From an uncultured delta proteobacterium (GTDB taxonomy: Bacteria > Desulfobacterota > WTBG01 > CAIYCZ01 > CAIRTM01), in assembly GCA_903911225.1 (NCBI GenBank), contig CAIWCT010000309.1, positions 145-64,144 on the forward strand: DNA of 64,000 bases. Direction: 5' to 3'. Below the pieces are notes generated by a model. The model ran no database searches. It saw only the letters and a program-made list of their open reading frames with translations, and had not been told where the DNA came from. Shown piece by piece: positions 1 through 8,944 of this stretch; positions within the stretch are counted from its first letter, which is position 1, and every line of letters begins with the position of its first letter. A program made the position numbers and the translations under genes.

Positions 1-30
1 ATAAATCAAGCAGACGCTAAAGGGGCTAAC

Positions 31-2022
31 ATGATCAGCCGTTTTTTTATTGAACGACCGAAATTCTCATTCGTAGTTTCAATTGTCATTACCATGGCCG
101 GTTTTATCGCGATGCTGGCGCTGCCGGTGACCCAGTATCCGGATATTGTGCCGTCGCAGGTACAGATTACCTCGGCGTATCCCGGCGCGGATGCCATGAC
201 CGTGCAGCAAACGGTGGTCGAGCCGATTGAAGCTCAGGTCAACGGCGTCAAGGATATGCTCTATATGTCTTCGACCAGTTCTGATTCAGGCGCGGCGGTC
301 ACGACGGTGACTTTCGCCCCGGGTACCAGCGGGGACATGAATACTGTTAATGTCCAGAACCGGGTGAACTGGGCCAGCGCCAATCTGCCGGACGAAGTCC
401 GCCGCCAGGGCGTGATTGTGAAAGAAAAATCCAGCAATATGCTGCTGGTGATCTGCATCTACTCTCCAAAGGGTAGTTATGATTCGCTGTTTCTCAGCAA
501 TTATGCCTCTATCAATATTGAGGATGAGATCAGCCGCATTCCGGGGATCAGCGATGTCTACATGCTGGGAGAACAGAAATATTCCATGCGCATCTGGCTG
601 GATCCGGACAAAATGGCCAGCCTTAAAATGACCACTGAAGACATCAGCAATGCCATAAAATCCCAGAATATCCAGGTCTCCGCGGGGGCTATCGGCGATC
701 CGCCGTGCAGCGACAAACAACTCCTGCGGCTTACGGTTCAAACTCAGGGCCGGTTGAAAGATGTTGAAGAATTCAAGAATATCGTTATCCGGCAGGCCCA
801 GAACGGCGGCAGTGTCAAGATCAGGGATGTCGCGAAAGTTGACCTCGGCGCGGAAAATTACAACTCTGTCGGCTGGCTGAACGGCAAGCCGTCATCTCTG
901 CTGGCTGTATATCAGTTCAATGACGCCAACGGTCTGAGTATCGCTAAAGACTGTATCGCCAAGCTGGAGGAGCTTAAAAAGCGCTTTCCCAATGACCTTG
1001 ATTATGGCATTAAATACGATACCACCAAATTTATCAAGACCTCCATCGAAGAGATGATTCTTACGCTTTTTGAAGCAGTTTTCCTGGTTATCCTGATTAC
1101 TTTCATTTTTCTGCAGGACTGGCGTGCCACGCTGATTCCGACTATCGCCATCCCGGTTTCGCTGATCGGCACTTTCGCGGTGCTGCTGGCCGTTGGCTAC
1201 ACCATCAATCTGATTACCCTGTTCGGACTGATCCTGGCTATCGGCATTGTGGTTGACGACGCTATTGTGGTTATTGAAAACGTCAACCGGCTGATGACCG
1301 AGGAGAAGCTGCCGCCCAAAGAGGCCGCCATTAAGACGATGGAGCAGGTTACTGGCCCGGTCATCGCGACAACAATGGTGCTTCTGGCCATGTTCATCCC
1401 GATTTGTTTTTTGCCGGGTATCACCGGCGAAATGTACCGTCAGTTCGGCGTAACCATTTCCGTTGCGGTGCTGATTTCCTCGATTAATGCGCTGTCGCTA
1501 AGTCCGGCATTGAGCGCGCTGATTCTTCGTCCGCCCGGAGCTGTGCCTAAAAAGAAATTTTTCTTTTTCCGCTGGTTTGACTTTGTATTCGGCAAAATAT
1601 CCGGAAGTTTTGCAGTAATCGTCAGTACGCTGGTAAGGAAATCTGTATTGATATTATTAATGTATATGGTGATGATGTTTGTTTCTTATAAACTGTACGG
1701 ACTGCTGCCGACCGGATTTATCCCGGAGGAAGATCAGGGAGCATTCTTTATCAACGTTCAACTGCCGGACGGTTCAGCGCTGCCCCGTACTCAGAGAGTG
1801 GTTGATAAAGTCACCGAAATGGCTAAAAACACCCCTGGAGTCAGCGACGTGATTGTTACTTCCGGATACAGCATTTTGACCGGAACTGCCGCTTCAAATA
1901 ACGCCATGGTTATCGTTATCCTGGATGACTGGTCCAAGCGTAAGACGCCGGCTTTGCAGCAGGATGCGATCCTTAATAAATTGCGCGGCGTTTCTAAAAT
2001 CGTTTCCGTGGAACTGAACTGA
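31..2022 (+). pseudogene. RND (AcrB/HAE1-type) efflux permease, C-terminally truncated (663 aa; family normally about 1,030-1,050 aa)
   Basis: The N-terminus MISRFFIERPKFSFV is followed by TM1, the first large periplasmic loop and a TM2-7 block (LAIGIVVDDAIVVIEN). Only about 100 aa of the second periplasmic loop follow. All three + frames are closed by 2022 and the ftsY ATG follows after a 7-nt gap. An AAGGGG RBS lies at 20-25. Bases 1-20 look like the 3' end of an upstream gene. Confidence 0.7.
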
Positions 2023-2029
2023 ACCTGCC

Positions 2030-2968
2030 ATGTCATCAGAAAAAGAACATTCCGGTTTTTTTAAGCGTCTCAAAGAGGGTCTCGCAAAAACCCATCAGGC
2101 AGTCACACGCCGAATTGAGGAGATTACCCATGGTAAACGTGAAATAAGCAAAGAACTGCTTGATAATCTTGAAGATATTCTCATTGCATCAGACCTTGGT
2201 GTGGCAACCGTTGATATTCTAATGCAAAAAATTAAATGGCGGGTCGAGCGAAAGGACCTCCAGGATGCTGACAGACTCACGGAAGCGCTCAAAGAAGGAA
2301 TATATGATATCCTTGCCGCCCATGAGAAGCCGCTCGTCATTTCGCCTGAAATAAAGCCATATGTTATTCTTACTGTCGGGGTAAACGGTACCGGAAAAAC
2401 AACAACAATTGCAAAAATGGCCAATATTTTTAAAATGAGTGGTCACTCAGTGCTGCTTGCAGCAGCCGATACTTTCCGGGCAGCTGCAATTGATCAGCTT
2501 GAAATATGGGGAGAACGTGTAGGGTGCAGAGTCATTAAACATAAACACGGGGCTGACCCCTCTGCCGTAGTTTTTGATGCTCTTAAATCCGCCCAGTCAA
2601 AAAATATCGACATACTCATTATCGATACCGCAGGCAGGCTCCATACGCAGGCGCCGCTCATGGAGGAAATAAAAAAAGTACAACGCATCATAAGCCGTGA
2701 ACTGCCCGGTGCTCCCCATGAAACCGTACTGGTGCTAGATGCTACCATCGGACAAAACGCCATAGCTCAGGCAAAATTTTTCAAAGAAGCCATAAACATC
2801 TCAGGTATTGTACTTACAAAGCTAGACGGTACAGCTAAAGGCGGTGTGATAGTCGGGATATCTGAATCACTGGGAATACCGGTGCGTTTTGTCGGTGTAG
2901 GAGAAAAAATCGACGATCTGCGGGAATTCAATGCGCGTGATTTTGTTGATGCATTATTTGAAGATTAA
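2030..2968 (+). CDS. ftsY: Signal recognition particle receptor FtsY (short form)
   Basis: GFFKRLKEGLAKT N-terminus; P-loop VGVNGTGKTTTIAK; DTAGRL; LTKLDGTAKGG; FVGVGEKIDDL. Confidence 0.95.
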   Translation: MSSEKEHSGFFKRLKEGLAKTHQAVTRRIEEITHGKREISKELLDNLEDILIASDLGVATVDILMQKIKWRVERKDLQDADRLTEALKEGIYDILAAHEKPLVISPEIKPYVILTVGVNGTGKTTTIAKMANIFKMSGHSVLLAAADTFRAAAIDQLEIWGERVGCRVIKHKHGADPSAVVFDALKSAQSKNIDILIIDTAGRLHTQAPLMEEIKKVQRIISRELPGAPHETVLVLDATIGQNAIAQAKFFKEAINISGIVLTKLDGTAKGGVIVGISESLGIPVRFVGVGEKIDDLREFNARDFVDALFED

Positions 2969-4198
2969 ATATATTTCCAGCGGACTGGCTGATTTAAGGA
3001 AAAGCCACACTGCGGCGAATGCCAGCGACAATATGGTGACCGGTACTCCAACCCGCGCATGTTCAAGCCAGCCTATTTTTATCTGAAAACTGCGAGCCTG
3101 TTCAATAACAATGATATTGGCGATGCTGCCGATAATTAACAAATTCCCACCGAACGTGCTTGCAATCGCCATGATGGTGCCGGAGAGAGGATGTGTTGCG
3201 GCAGGTAGCAGCAACATGACTGCAGGCACATTCGAAACAAAATTCGAGAGTATAAAAGTCAGGCTGAAAAGCCATGCGGGCTGCTCTGTTTGAATTCCCC
3301 ATGCCGCAAGATAGTCCATAAAAAATTTCAATACACCTGAAGTTGCAAGAACTTTATTTACAATAAACAGAGCAGCAAACAACACAAGTAACTGCCAGTC
3401 GACAAGTCCCAGCATCTGCCGTGAGGCCATCCTGCGGCTCGTCAGGAGCAGTGCTGCAGCCGTCAGCGCAACAATCTCACGAGGTAGCGGCAAAAAAAGA
3501 AATGCTGTGATTGCACAGCATAAAACAATGCATCCTTTGCTGGTTTGCCAATAGCTTATTTCAGTCAATTCTATTCTAGGTACAGGAGTTACTCTACGCC
3601 AATCATGCCGGTAGTTTCTGCATATGACCATCCATACAATCAAGAGCCCTGCTATAACTGGAACGGCCGCCTCTAACAGATAACCTGAGAACGACATGTT
3701 AAGAGACTGCCCGATAAGCATGTTCTGGGGATTGCCGATGAGGGTTGCAGCAGAACCGATATTGGATGCACAGGCAAGTCCCAGCAGATAAGGAACAGGG
3801 TTATATGATCGTTGAGCACAGCCTTCAATTAAAACCGGTGCCATGGCAAGACAAACAATATCATTCGCAAGCACTGCTGATAATATGCCGGCGATGAAGA
3901 TTAGCAGCACCAGCAATGTCTGTGGCCGGTACTGCAATCGTGCAAGCCGGCATGTAATGCAACTATAAAAGCCACCAAGACGAAACTGTGCTGATACGAC
4001 CATAAGCCCGAGCAGCAGAGCGATAGTACCAACATCAATGGCATTCCATGCATCCTGTGCACTGATATGCCCGGTTGCAAGAAAAGCTATGGCGCCAAGC
4101 AATGCAATCCCGGTCCGATCAAGGGCAAGGCCAGGAATCTCGCCAAGAAACATTCCAACATAAACGATTGCAAAAATAATTAAAACCGTCGCATCCAT
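2954..4198 (-). CDS. ArsB/NhaD-superfamily anion permease (YbiR-like)
   Basis: 414-aa polytopic membrane protein with SNIGSAATLIGNPQNMLIG and GGNLLIIGSIANIIV repeat motifs typical of this permease superfamily. Its 3' end overlaps the ftsY 3' end by 15 nt (convergent). Confidence 0.6.
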   Translation of the reverse strand: MDATVLIIFAIVYVGMFLGEIPGLALDRTGIALLGAIAFLATGHISAQDAWNAIDVGTIALLLGLMVVSAQFRLGGFYSCITCRLARLQYRPQTLLVLLIFIAGILSAVLANDIVCLAMAPVLIEGCAQRSYNPVPYLLGLACASNIGSAATLIGNPQNMLIGQSLNMSFSGYLLEAAVPVIAGLLIVWMVICRNYRHDWRRVTPVPRIELTEISYWQTSKGCIVLCCAITAFLFLPLPREIVALTAAALLLTSRRMASRQMLGLVDWQLLVLFAALFIVNKVLATSGVLKFFMDYLAAWGIQTEQPAWLFSLTFILSNFVSNVPAVMLLLPAATHPLSGTIMAIASTFGGNLLIIGSIANIIVIEQARSFQIKIGWLEHARVGVPVTILSLAFAAVWLFLKSASPLEIYLIFK

Positions 4199-4518
4199 TT
4201 AGGTAATTCTAGTATATAAGGTCAATAAAAGAAAATATTTTTAACCGCTCACAATAATCTTCTGCTGTGATAAAATGTCATGCACGAATCAGAAATCCAT
4301 TAAAAAAATTACGGGTTGCTCAGTAACAACAGAGAAACCAGCCTAACAGCACTCCAGAGATTAAATCGAAAATAAGGAGCATAATGCGAACACTTAACTG
4401 GTCGATGATGCACTGCTTCTTGAGGGCCTGCAAATAAAGAATCAAGAGTTTATCTTTATGAATTAATCACTAAAGGCGGCAATAATGGACAAAAAAATCT
4501 CAAAAAAACGTTAAACTC

Positions 4519-4549
4519 TTGACTTATTGTCATGATGTACATTATACTT
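4519..4549 (+). promoter_or_regulatory. Candidate sigma70-type promoter for the GT2/oligosaccharyltransferase pair
   Basis: TTGACT at 4519-4524. It is followed either by TTATAC after a 17-nt spacer (4542-4547) or by TATACT after a 19-nt spacer (4544-4549), about 30 nt upstream of the ATG at 4576. Confidence 0.4.
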
Positions 4550-4575
4550 TTTTAAAAAATACTCAAGGTAGCATC

Positions 4576-5433
4576 ATGAAAATATCGATAGTGATTCCTG
4601 CATTCCGGGAAGCTGGCATAATCGGGACTGTGATAAAATCTATTTACAGCTTACTTCCCGATGCTGAAATGATTGTGGTCGACGACGGATCGGATGATGA
4701 CACCGCTGAGGTTGCTCGCAGAGCAGGCGCAACTGTTTATTCTCATCCTTATAATATCGGAAATGGCGCAGCAGTAAAAACCGGCATCAGAATGGCCACA
4801 GGCGATTTAATTGTCATGCTTGATGGTGACGGGCAGCATAATCCCGAAGATATTCCACGGTTGCTGGCAATGGCCGAAACGCATGATATGGTTGTTGGCG
4901 CTCGCGATTCAAAAACTCAAGCGAATATTTTTCGTAAATGCGCTAATGCATTTTACAATTTTTTAGCAAGCTATATCACCAAAATAAATGTAAAAGATCT
5001 GACCTCGGGTTTTCGTGTCGTACACAAAAAAACAGCCATGCGCTATCTGTACCTGCTGCCCAATACATTTTCATATCCTACAACCATTACACTTTCTTAT
5101 TTGCACAGCGGGCTATCTATCTGTTATCTTCCTATACAAGCTGCAAAGCGAACCGGAAAAAGTAAAATCAGACCACTCCATGACGGAATACAATTCCTGC
5201 TGATTATTATCAAAATCACCACCCTGTATTCCCCGTTGCTTATTTTTCTTCCCACAAGTTTGTTTTTTATGCTCCTGGGTCTTTTTAATTATTGCTACAC
5301 ATTCACAACGACCCATCGCTTTACAAACATGTCAGCCTTATTACTGATCAGTGCAGTAATGATTTTCATGCTGGGGCTCATCAGTGAACAGATAACGCAG
5401 CTACGTTACGACCGCGTAGACAACAAAAAATAG
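4576..5433 (+). CDS. GT2 polyprenol-phosphate glycosyltransferase (GtrB/ArnC/DPM1-like)
   Basis: MKISIVIPAF start, DDGSDDDT and MLDGDGQH (DXD) motifs, and two C-terminal TM helices as in GtrB/ArnC. The ATG at 4576 (AAGG upstream) is preferred to the ORF-track start at 4519. Confidence 0.8.
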   Translation: MKISIVIPAFREAGIIGTVIKSIYSLLPDAEMIVVDDGSDDDTAEVARRAGATVYSHPYNIGNGAAVKTGIRMATGDLIVMLDGDGQHNPEDIPRLLAMAETHDMVVGARDSKTQANIFRKCANAFYNFLASYITKINVKDLTSGFRVVHKKTAMRYLYLLPNTFSYPTTITLSYLHSGLSICYLPIQAAKRTGKSKIRPLHDGIQFLLIIIKITTLYSPLLIFLPTSLFFMLLGLFNYCYTFTTTHRFTNMSALLLISAVMIFMLGLISEQITQLRYDRVDNKK

Positions 5434-5442
5434 GACCCTTTA

Positions 5443-7671
5443 ATGGCACAAAAAAATAAAGTCTCAAAAGCATCAAGCGCAGAAGCCGACAGGCAAAAAA
5501 AGCTGCCTAATCAAACTGGTTTTCAGTCCAGGATAAACGCGTCGCTTGACAGAACCGCACATTTAATCTCTCCCTATATTCGATTTATTGAGATCTTTGC
5601 TGTTATCTTTCTTATCGCAGCAGGTATTTTTTTTAGAATGGAGGCTTTGTCTGATTGGAAAAAAGCAGAGTCGCGCACTTTTTTTGAAAACCAGCCTTTG
5701 CACACTACATTTGATGCATATTTTTATCTCAGCCTGGCAAAAGATCTAATTGATAAAACATACTATCCAACTGATGAAAAGCGTGGTGTGCCCGACTGCC
5801 CGCTCCGCCCCACACCGGCTCCTCTTTTATCTGTACTTGCTGCACAAATAACAAAGTTGTCATCCTGGCCTCTCAGCTGGGTAGGGGCCGTACTGCCCGC
5901 GGTGCTTGGAGCCTTGCTGGCCCTGCCGCTTTATCTCCTGGGAAAATATTACAGCGGAGGTCTTGCCGGGTTTTCTGCGGCCCTGCTAGCCCTGCTCTAC
6001 CCATTTTACATATACCGGAGCGGATTTGGACGCTTTGATACTGACTGCCTGAATGTTACTTTCATCTTGATATCGGCATATCTTTTTCTCCGTTTTGCAC
6101 TGATTACGACATGGAAACGATATATCTATATTGGCATTGCTCTTGTAAACTACGCATTATTTATCTGGTGGTGGGATCAAACTCCGGCAGTTGTAACGGC
6201 AATCACCTTTCTTCCGTTTGCCGTAGCGCTTGTTTTCTATTACAGGCCGCATAAAAAAGAAGCCTGCATTTTTTTTGGATTAATTGGATTGGGTGTTGCG
6301 GCTGTTTTGACTTTTAAAGGACTCGATATTTTTATTGAGATGATAAAAGCAATTTTCAATCAGTTTTTGTATATCTCAAAGGATGCAAGTGGTGACTTCC
6401 CCAATATCGGCGTTACAATTAGCGAACAATCCAAACCGTCTGTTTCGACAATTATAGAATACACAACAGGGTCAATTTCAGGCTTCATTTTTGCCTTCGC
6501 TGGAATAGCATTTCTTTTTTATAAAAAATTTAAAGAATCTCTTTTTCTTGCATCCATTATTGTGCTTTCTTTTTTAGCTTTTACCGAAGCAAACCGCTTC
6601 ATTATTTTTCTCGTACCATTACTGGGGCTTGGATCTGGTTACCTTATTGGAGAACTCTGGAAACTCAGAAAAAAATTTCTTCCATTTATTGTTATTTGTC
6701 CAGTGTTGTTTATATGTTTTGCCTGGCCGCTGTATTCTGAAAATGCTGCAAATTCACAATTGCCGAAGCTGTCGGCTGCCACTGTTGATGGCATGGATGC
6801 AGCCCTGCATAAAACACCAAAAAATGCCGTAATCTGGGCATGGTGGGATAATGGATATGCCTTGACATATTTTGCCCGCAGGGCCACCGTGAATGACGGA
6901 TCAATTCACAGTGGAGAACGCACCTATTATAATGCATTGCCGCTGGCATTTACTGATTTCAGGCTTTCTGCAAATTTTATGCATTTTTATGTCGCACACG
7001 GCATGCAGGGGATCAATCAATTCAGTCAGGCTACAGGGTTAAGTAAAAATTCCGCAATGGACCTTGTGAAAAAAATACTCGCTGCAGGCCCAACTGATGC
7101 CCGTGCGCTCATTGATGCAGCAAAACTCAACCAAATACCGCCATACACAACAACCGATGATTGGCTTGCATTTTTCTTTCCCCCTGAACAGCGTCCGGTC
7201 TATTTATTCCTTGATACGCTGCTGTCACGAATAGCTTACTGGTGGTACTGGTTTGGCACATGGGATCCTGATAAAAAGGAAGGCATTCATCCTTACTATG
7301 AAGTGTTTACCGGCCTGCAGATGAAAGACGAAATAATTTCAGGCGGCAGGGGAATGCAGATCAATGTGCTTACCGGAGACATACAGGCCAATGGGCAGAC
7401 TTTTCAACTTTCGCGATTGGGTATACAGACAAATAAAGATTCCGATGAACGAAAATACGCTGCTAACAGTAAATATTGCTTTGATTTTATTGGACCGGCT
7501 CATTATGGTGTCCTGATGGATAAAGATATTGCTGAAACTGTATTCAATAAACTGTTCATTCGTCACAGCTTTGACCGAAACTATTTTATGCCCGTCCAGA
7601 TGGCAGGCATGATTTATCAATTATGGGAAGTAAAAAGCGACGTGTTTATTGCTGAAAAGAAAATGCAGTAA
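5443..7671 (+). CDS. STT3/PglB/AglB-family oligosaccharyltransferase
   Basis: Multi-TM N-terminal half plus a soluble C-terminal domain. Motifs: FDAYFY in the first external loop, GRFDTDCL as the second acidic motif, TISE (the TIXE motif) and WAWWDNGY (the WWDYG motif). A 9-nt gap separates it from the GT2 gene. Confidence 0.8.
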   Translation: MAQKNKVSKASSAEADRQKKLPNQTGFQSRINASLDRTAHLISPYIRFIEIFAVIFLIAAGIFFRMEALSDWKKAESRTFFENQPLHTTFDAYFYLSLAKDLIDKTYYPTDEKRGVPDCPLRPTPAPLLSVLAAQITKLSSWPLSWVGAVLPAVLGALLALPLYLLGKYYSGGLAGFSAALLALLYPFYIYRSGFGRFDTDCLNVTFILISAYLFLRFALITTWKRYIYIGIALVNYALFIWWWDQTPAVVTAITFLPFAVALVFYYRPHKKEACIFFGLIGLGVAAVLTFKGLDIFIEMIKAIFNQFLYISKDASGDFPNIGVTISEQSKPSVSTIIEYTTGSISGFIFAFAGIAFLFYKKFKESLFLASIIVLSFLAFTEANRFIIFLVPLLGLGSGYLIGELWKLRKKFLPFIVICPVLFICFAWPLYSENAANSQLPKLSAATVDGMDAALHKTPKNAVIWAWWDNGYALTYFARRATVNDGSIHSGERTYYNALPLAFTDFRLSANFMHFYVAHGMQGINQFSQATGLSKNSAMDLVKKILAAGPTDARALIDAAKLNQIPPYTTTDDWLAFFFPPEQRPVYLFLDTLLSRIAYWWYWFGTWDPDKKEGIHPYYEVFTGLQMKDEIISGGRGMQINVLTGDIQANGQTFQLSRLGIQTNKDSDERKYAANSKYCFDFIGPAHYGVLMDKDIAETVFNKLFIRHSFDRNYFMPVQMAGMIYQLWEVKSDVFIAEKKMQ

Positions 7672-7741
7672 TATGTCATGGATGACACAATCCACCTTAT
7701 CAAACTTTTTTCAAATATTTTTAAAAAAGTGATCTCTCGAT

Positions 7742-7917
7742 CTGTACCGTGCAACTTTATTTTTTTGAAATCTATTTATAAAAAATCCGTCGATCCCGCT
7801 AAGCTTGTCCTCGACCTGACCTGGGAGAGAGAGTCCGGTTTTTGAACGTTTTATGGATTCCTGCTTTTGCAGGAATGACGTGCCATGAGGTTCTTTTTAT
7901 TAATTTGCACAGTACAG
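7742..7917. repeat. MITE-like intergenic element with terminal inverted repeats and an internal REP-type hairpin
   Basis: CTGTACCGTGCAA (7742-7754) and TTGCACAGTACAG (7905-7917) are a 12/13 inverted repeat. The internal hairpin is ATTCCTGC-tttt-GCAGGAAT (7857-7876), within a GGATTCC...GGAATGACG core. Confidence 0.5.
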
Positions 7918-7948
7918 CTACTGAAATCCTATATTATGCAGATATATC

Positions 7949-8842
7949 ATGCTTAAAAAAAAACAGGACCGTGAAACGCTTACCTTAATTGAGGAAGCTA
8001 CGAATATTGCAGAGAAGCTTAAAATAAAAAAAATTCTTGTTATGTGCGAAAGCCTTGCTGTATGGAAAGCAGTGCTGCCTGTTTACGCAAAAAATCAATT
8101 TATTATTGTTATTCCTTCAAAAAGACTTGCAGAAAACATTACTGTTGAAACATTTGTCTGCGACTTTAATGGCGTTACCCGAAGTGACAGGCTACAATAC
8201 ATTCTGCGTTCAGTAATTGAATCAGGGAAAGTAAAACAGGATGAGCGCATTTTGTGCGTTTACAGCCTTTCAGGCCGCAGATTGCTTGACACGATGCGAA
8301 TTGTGTGGATTGAACGGTTCTACGGTCCCATAACACACCACGACCTTAAACACATAGGCAGGAATATACCGGTTGAGCTGATTATACAGTTAGTCAACCT
8401 TGCAATTGAAATAGCCCAGGAGGGCCGAGAGGGTTCGCCAGTCGGTACTCTTTTTGTTTTGGGTGATACTGAAAAAGTACTAAAATTGTCGAAGCCAATG
8501 ATATTTAACCCGTTTCGCGGTTATCCAGAAGATGAGCGCAAGATTACAGACCAGCGAGTGCAGGAAAGCGTTAAGGAGCTTTCACGAATAGATGGCGCTT
8601 TTATTATAAATGAAAATGGCGTTGTTCATGCTGCAGGCATGTACCTTTTTCCGGATGCAGATAAAATAACGCCTATTAAAGGGCTCGGTGCCCGACATGC
8701 AGCGGCATCAGCAATTTCAGAAAACACCAATGCCATAGCCGTAACAGTCTCGGAATCAACAGGAACAGTCAGAATTTTCAGCGGCGGCAAGCCCGTAAAA
8801 ACAATCCGCACATACCGGCCACACACAAAAAGAAATAGCTGA
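7949..8842 (+). CDS. Diadenylate cyclase (DAC/DisA_N domain) with a PK_C-like N-terminal domain
   Basis: The C-terminal half matches the DAC domain (IDGAFIINENG... GLGARHAAASAISE... VTVSESTGTVRIF). The N-terminal roughly 120 aa follows the pattern of a pyruvate kinase C-terminal alpha/beta domain (ATNIAEKLKIKKILVMCES...FIIVIPS...ESGKVKQDERI). Confidence 0.75.
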   Translation: MLKKKQDRETLTLIEEATNIAEKLKIKKILVMCESLAVWKAVLPVYAKNQFIIVIPSKRLAENITVETFVCDFNGVTRSDRLQYILRSVIESGKVKQDERILCVYSLSGRRLLDTMRIVWIERFYGPITHHDLKHIGRNIPVELIIQLVNLAIEIAQEGREGSPVGTLFVLGDTEKVLKLSKPMIFNPFRGYPEDERKITDQRVQESVKELSRIDGAFIINENGVVHAAGMYLFPDADKITPIKGLGARHAAASAISENTNAIAVTVSESTGTVRIFSGGKPVKTIRTYRPHTKRNS

Positions 8843-8944
8843 GAATCGATCGTATACCAACCATGGGCAAGCGCCGTATTGCAAAGATTTAAATTATCTC
8901 ATGCATGCACGATTTTTTTTTTGGGTAGGGCTTGGATTCAACTT

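Noticed and set aside
2017-2030. Selenocysteine or stop-codon read-through at the TGA that ends the truncated RND ORF.
   Set aside because: Reading through the TGA gives only 13 more codons (TCHVIRKRTFRFF*) with no RND similarity. No SECIS-like hairpin is evident, and ftsY occupies the downstream sequence.
4199-4518. Search of the larger intergenic gaps for tRNA, SRP RNA, RNase P RNA or tmRNA. The gaps searched were 4.2-4.5, 7.7-7.9, 19.7-20.3, 24.7-25.0, 46.5-46.8 and 47.2-47.4 kb.
   Set aside because: None of the hallmark strings turned up: GGTTCGAATCC-type T-arms, GGAAAGTCCGGGC, GGGGCTGATTCTGGATTCGAC, or the SRP domain IV motif. This was a by-eye scan, so a covariance-model search is still advisable.
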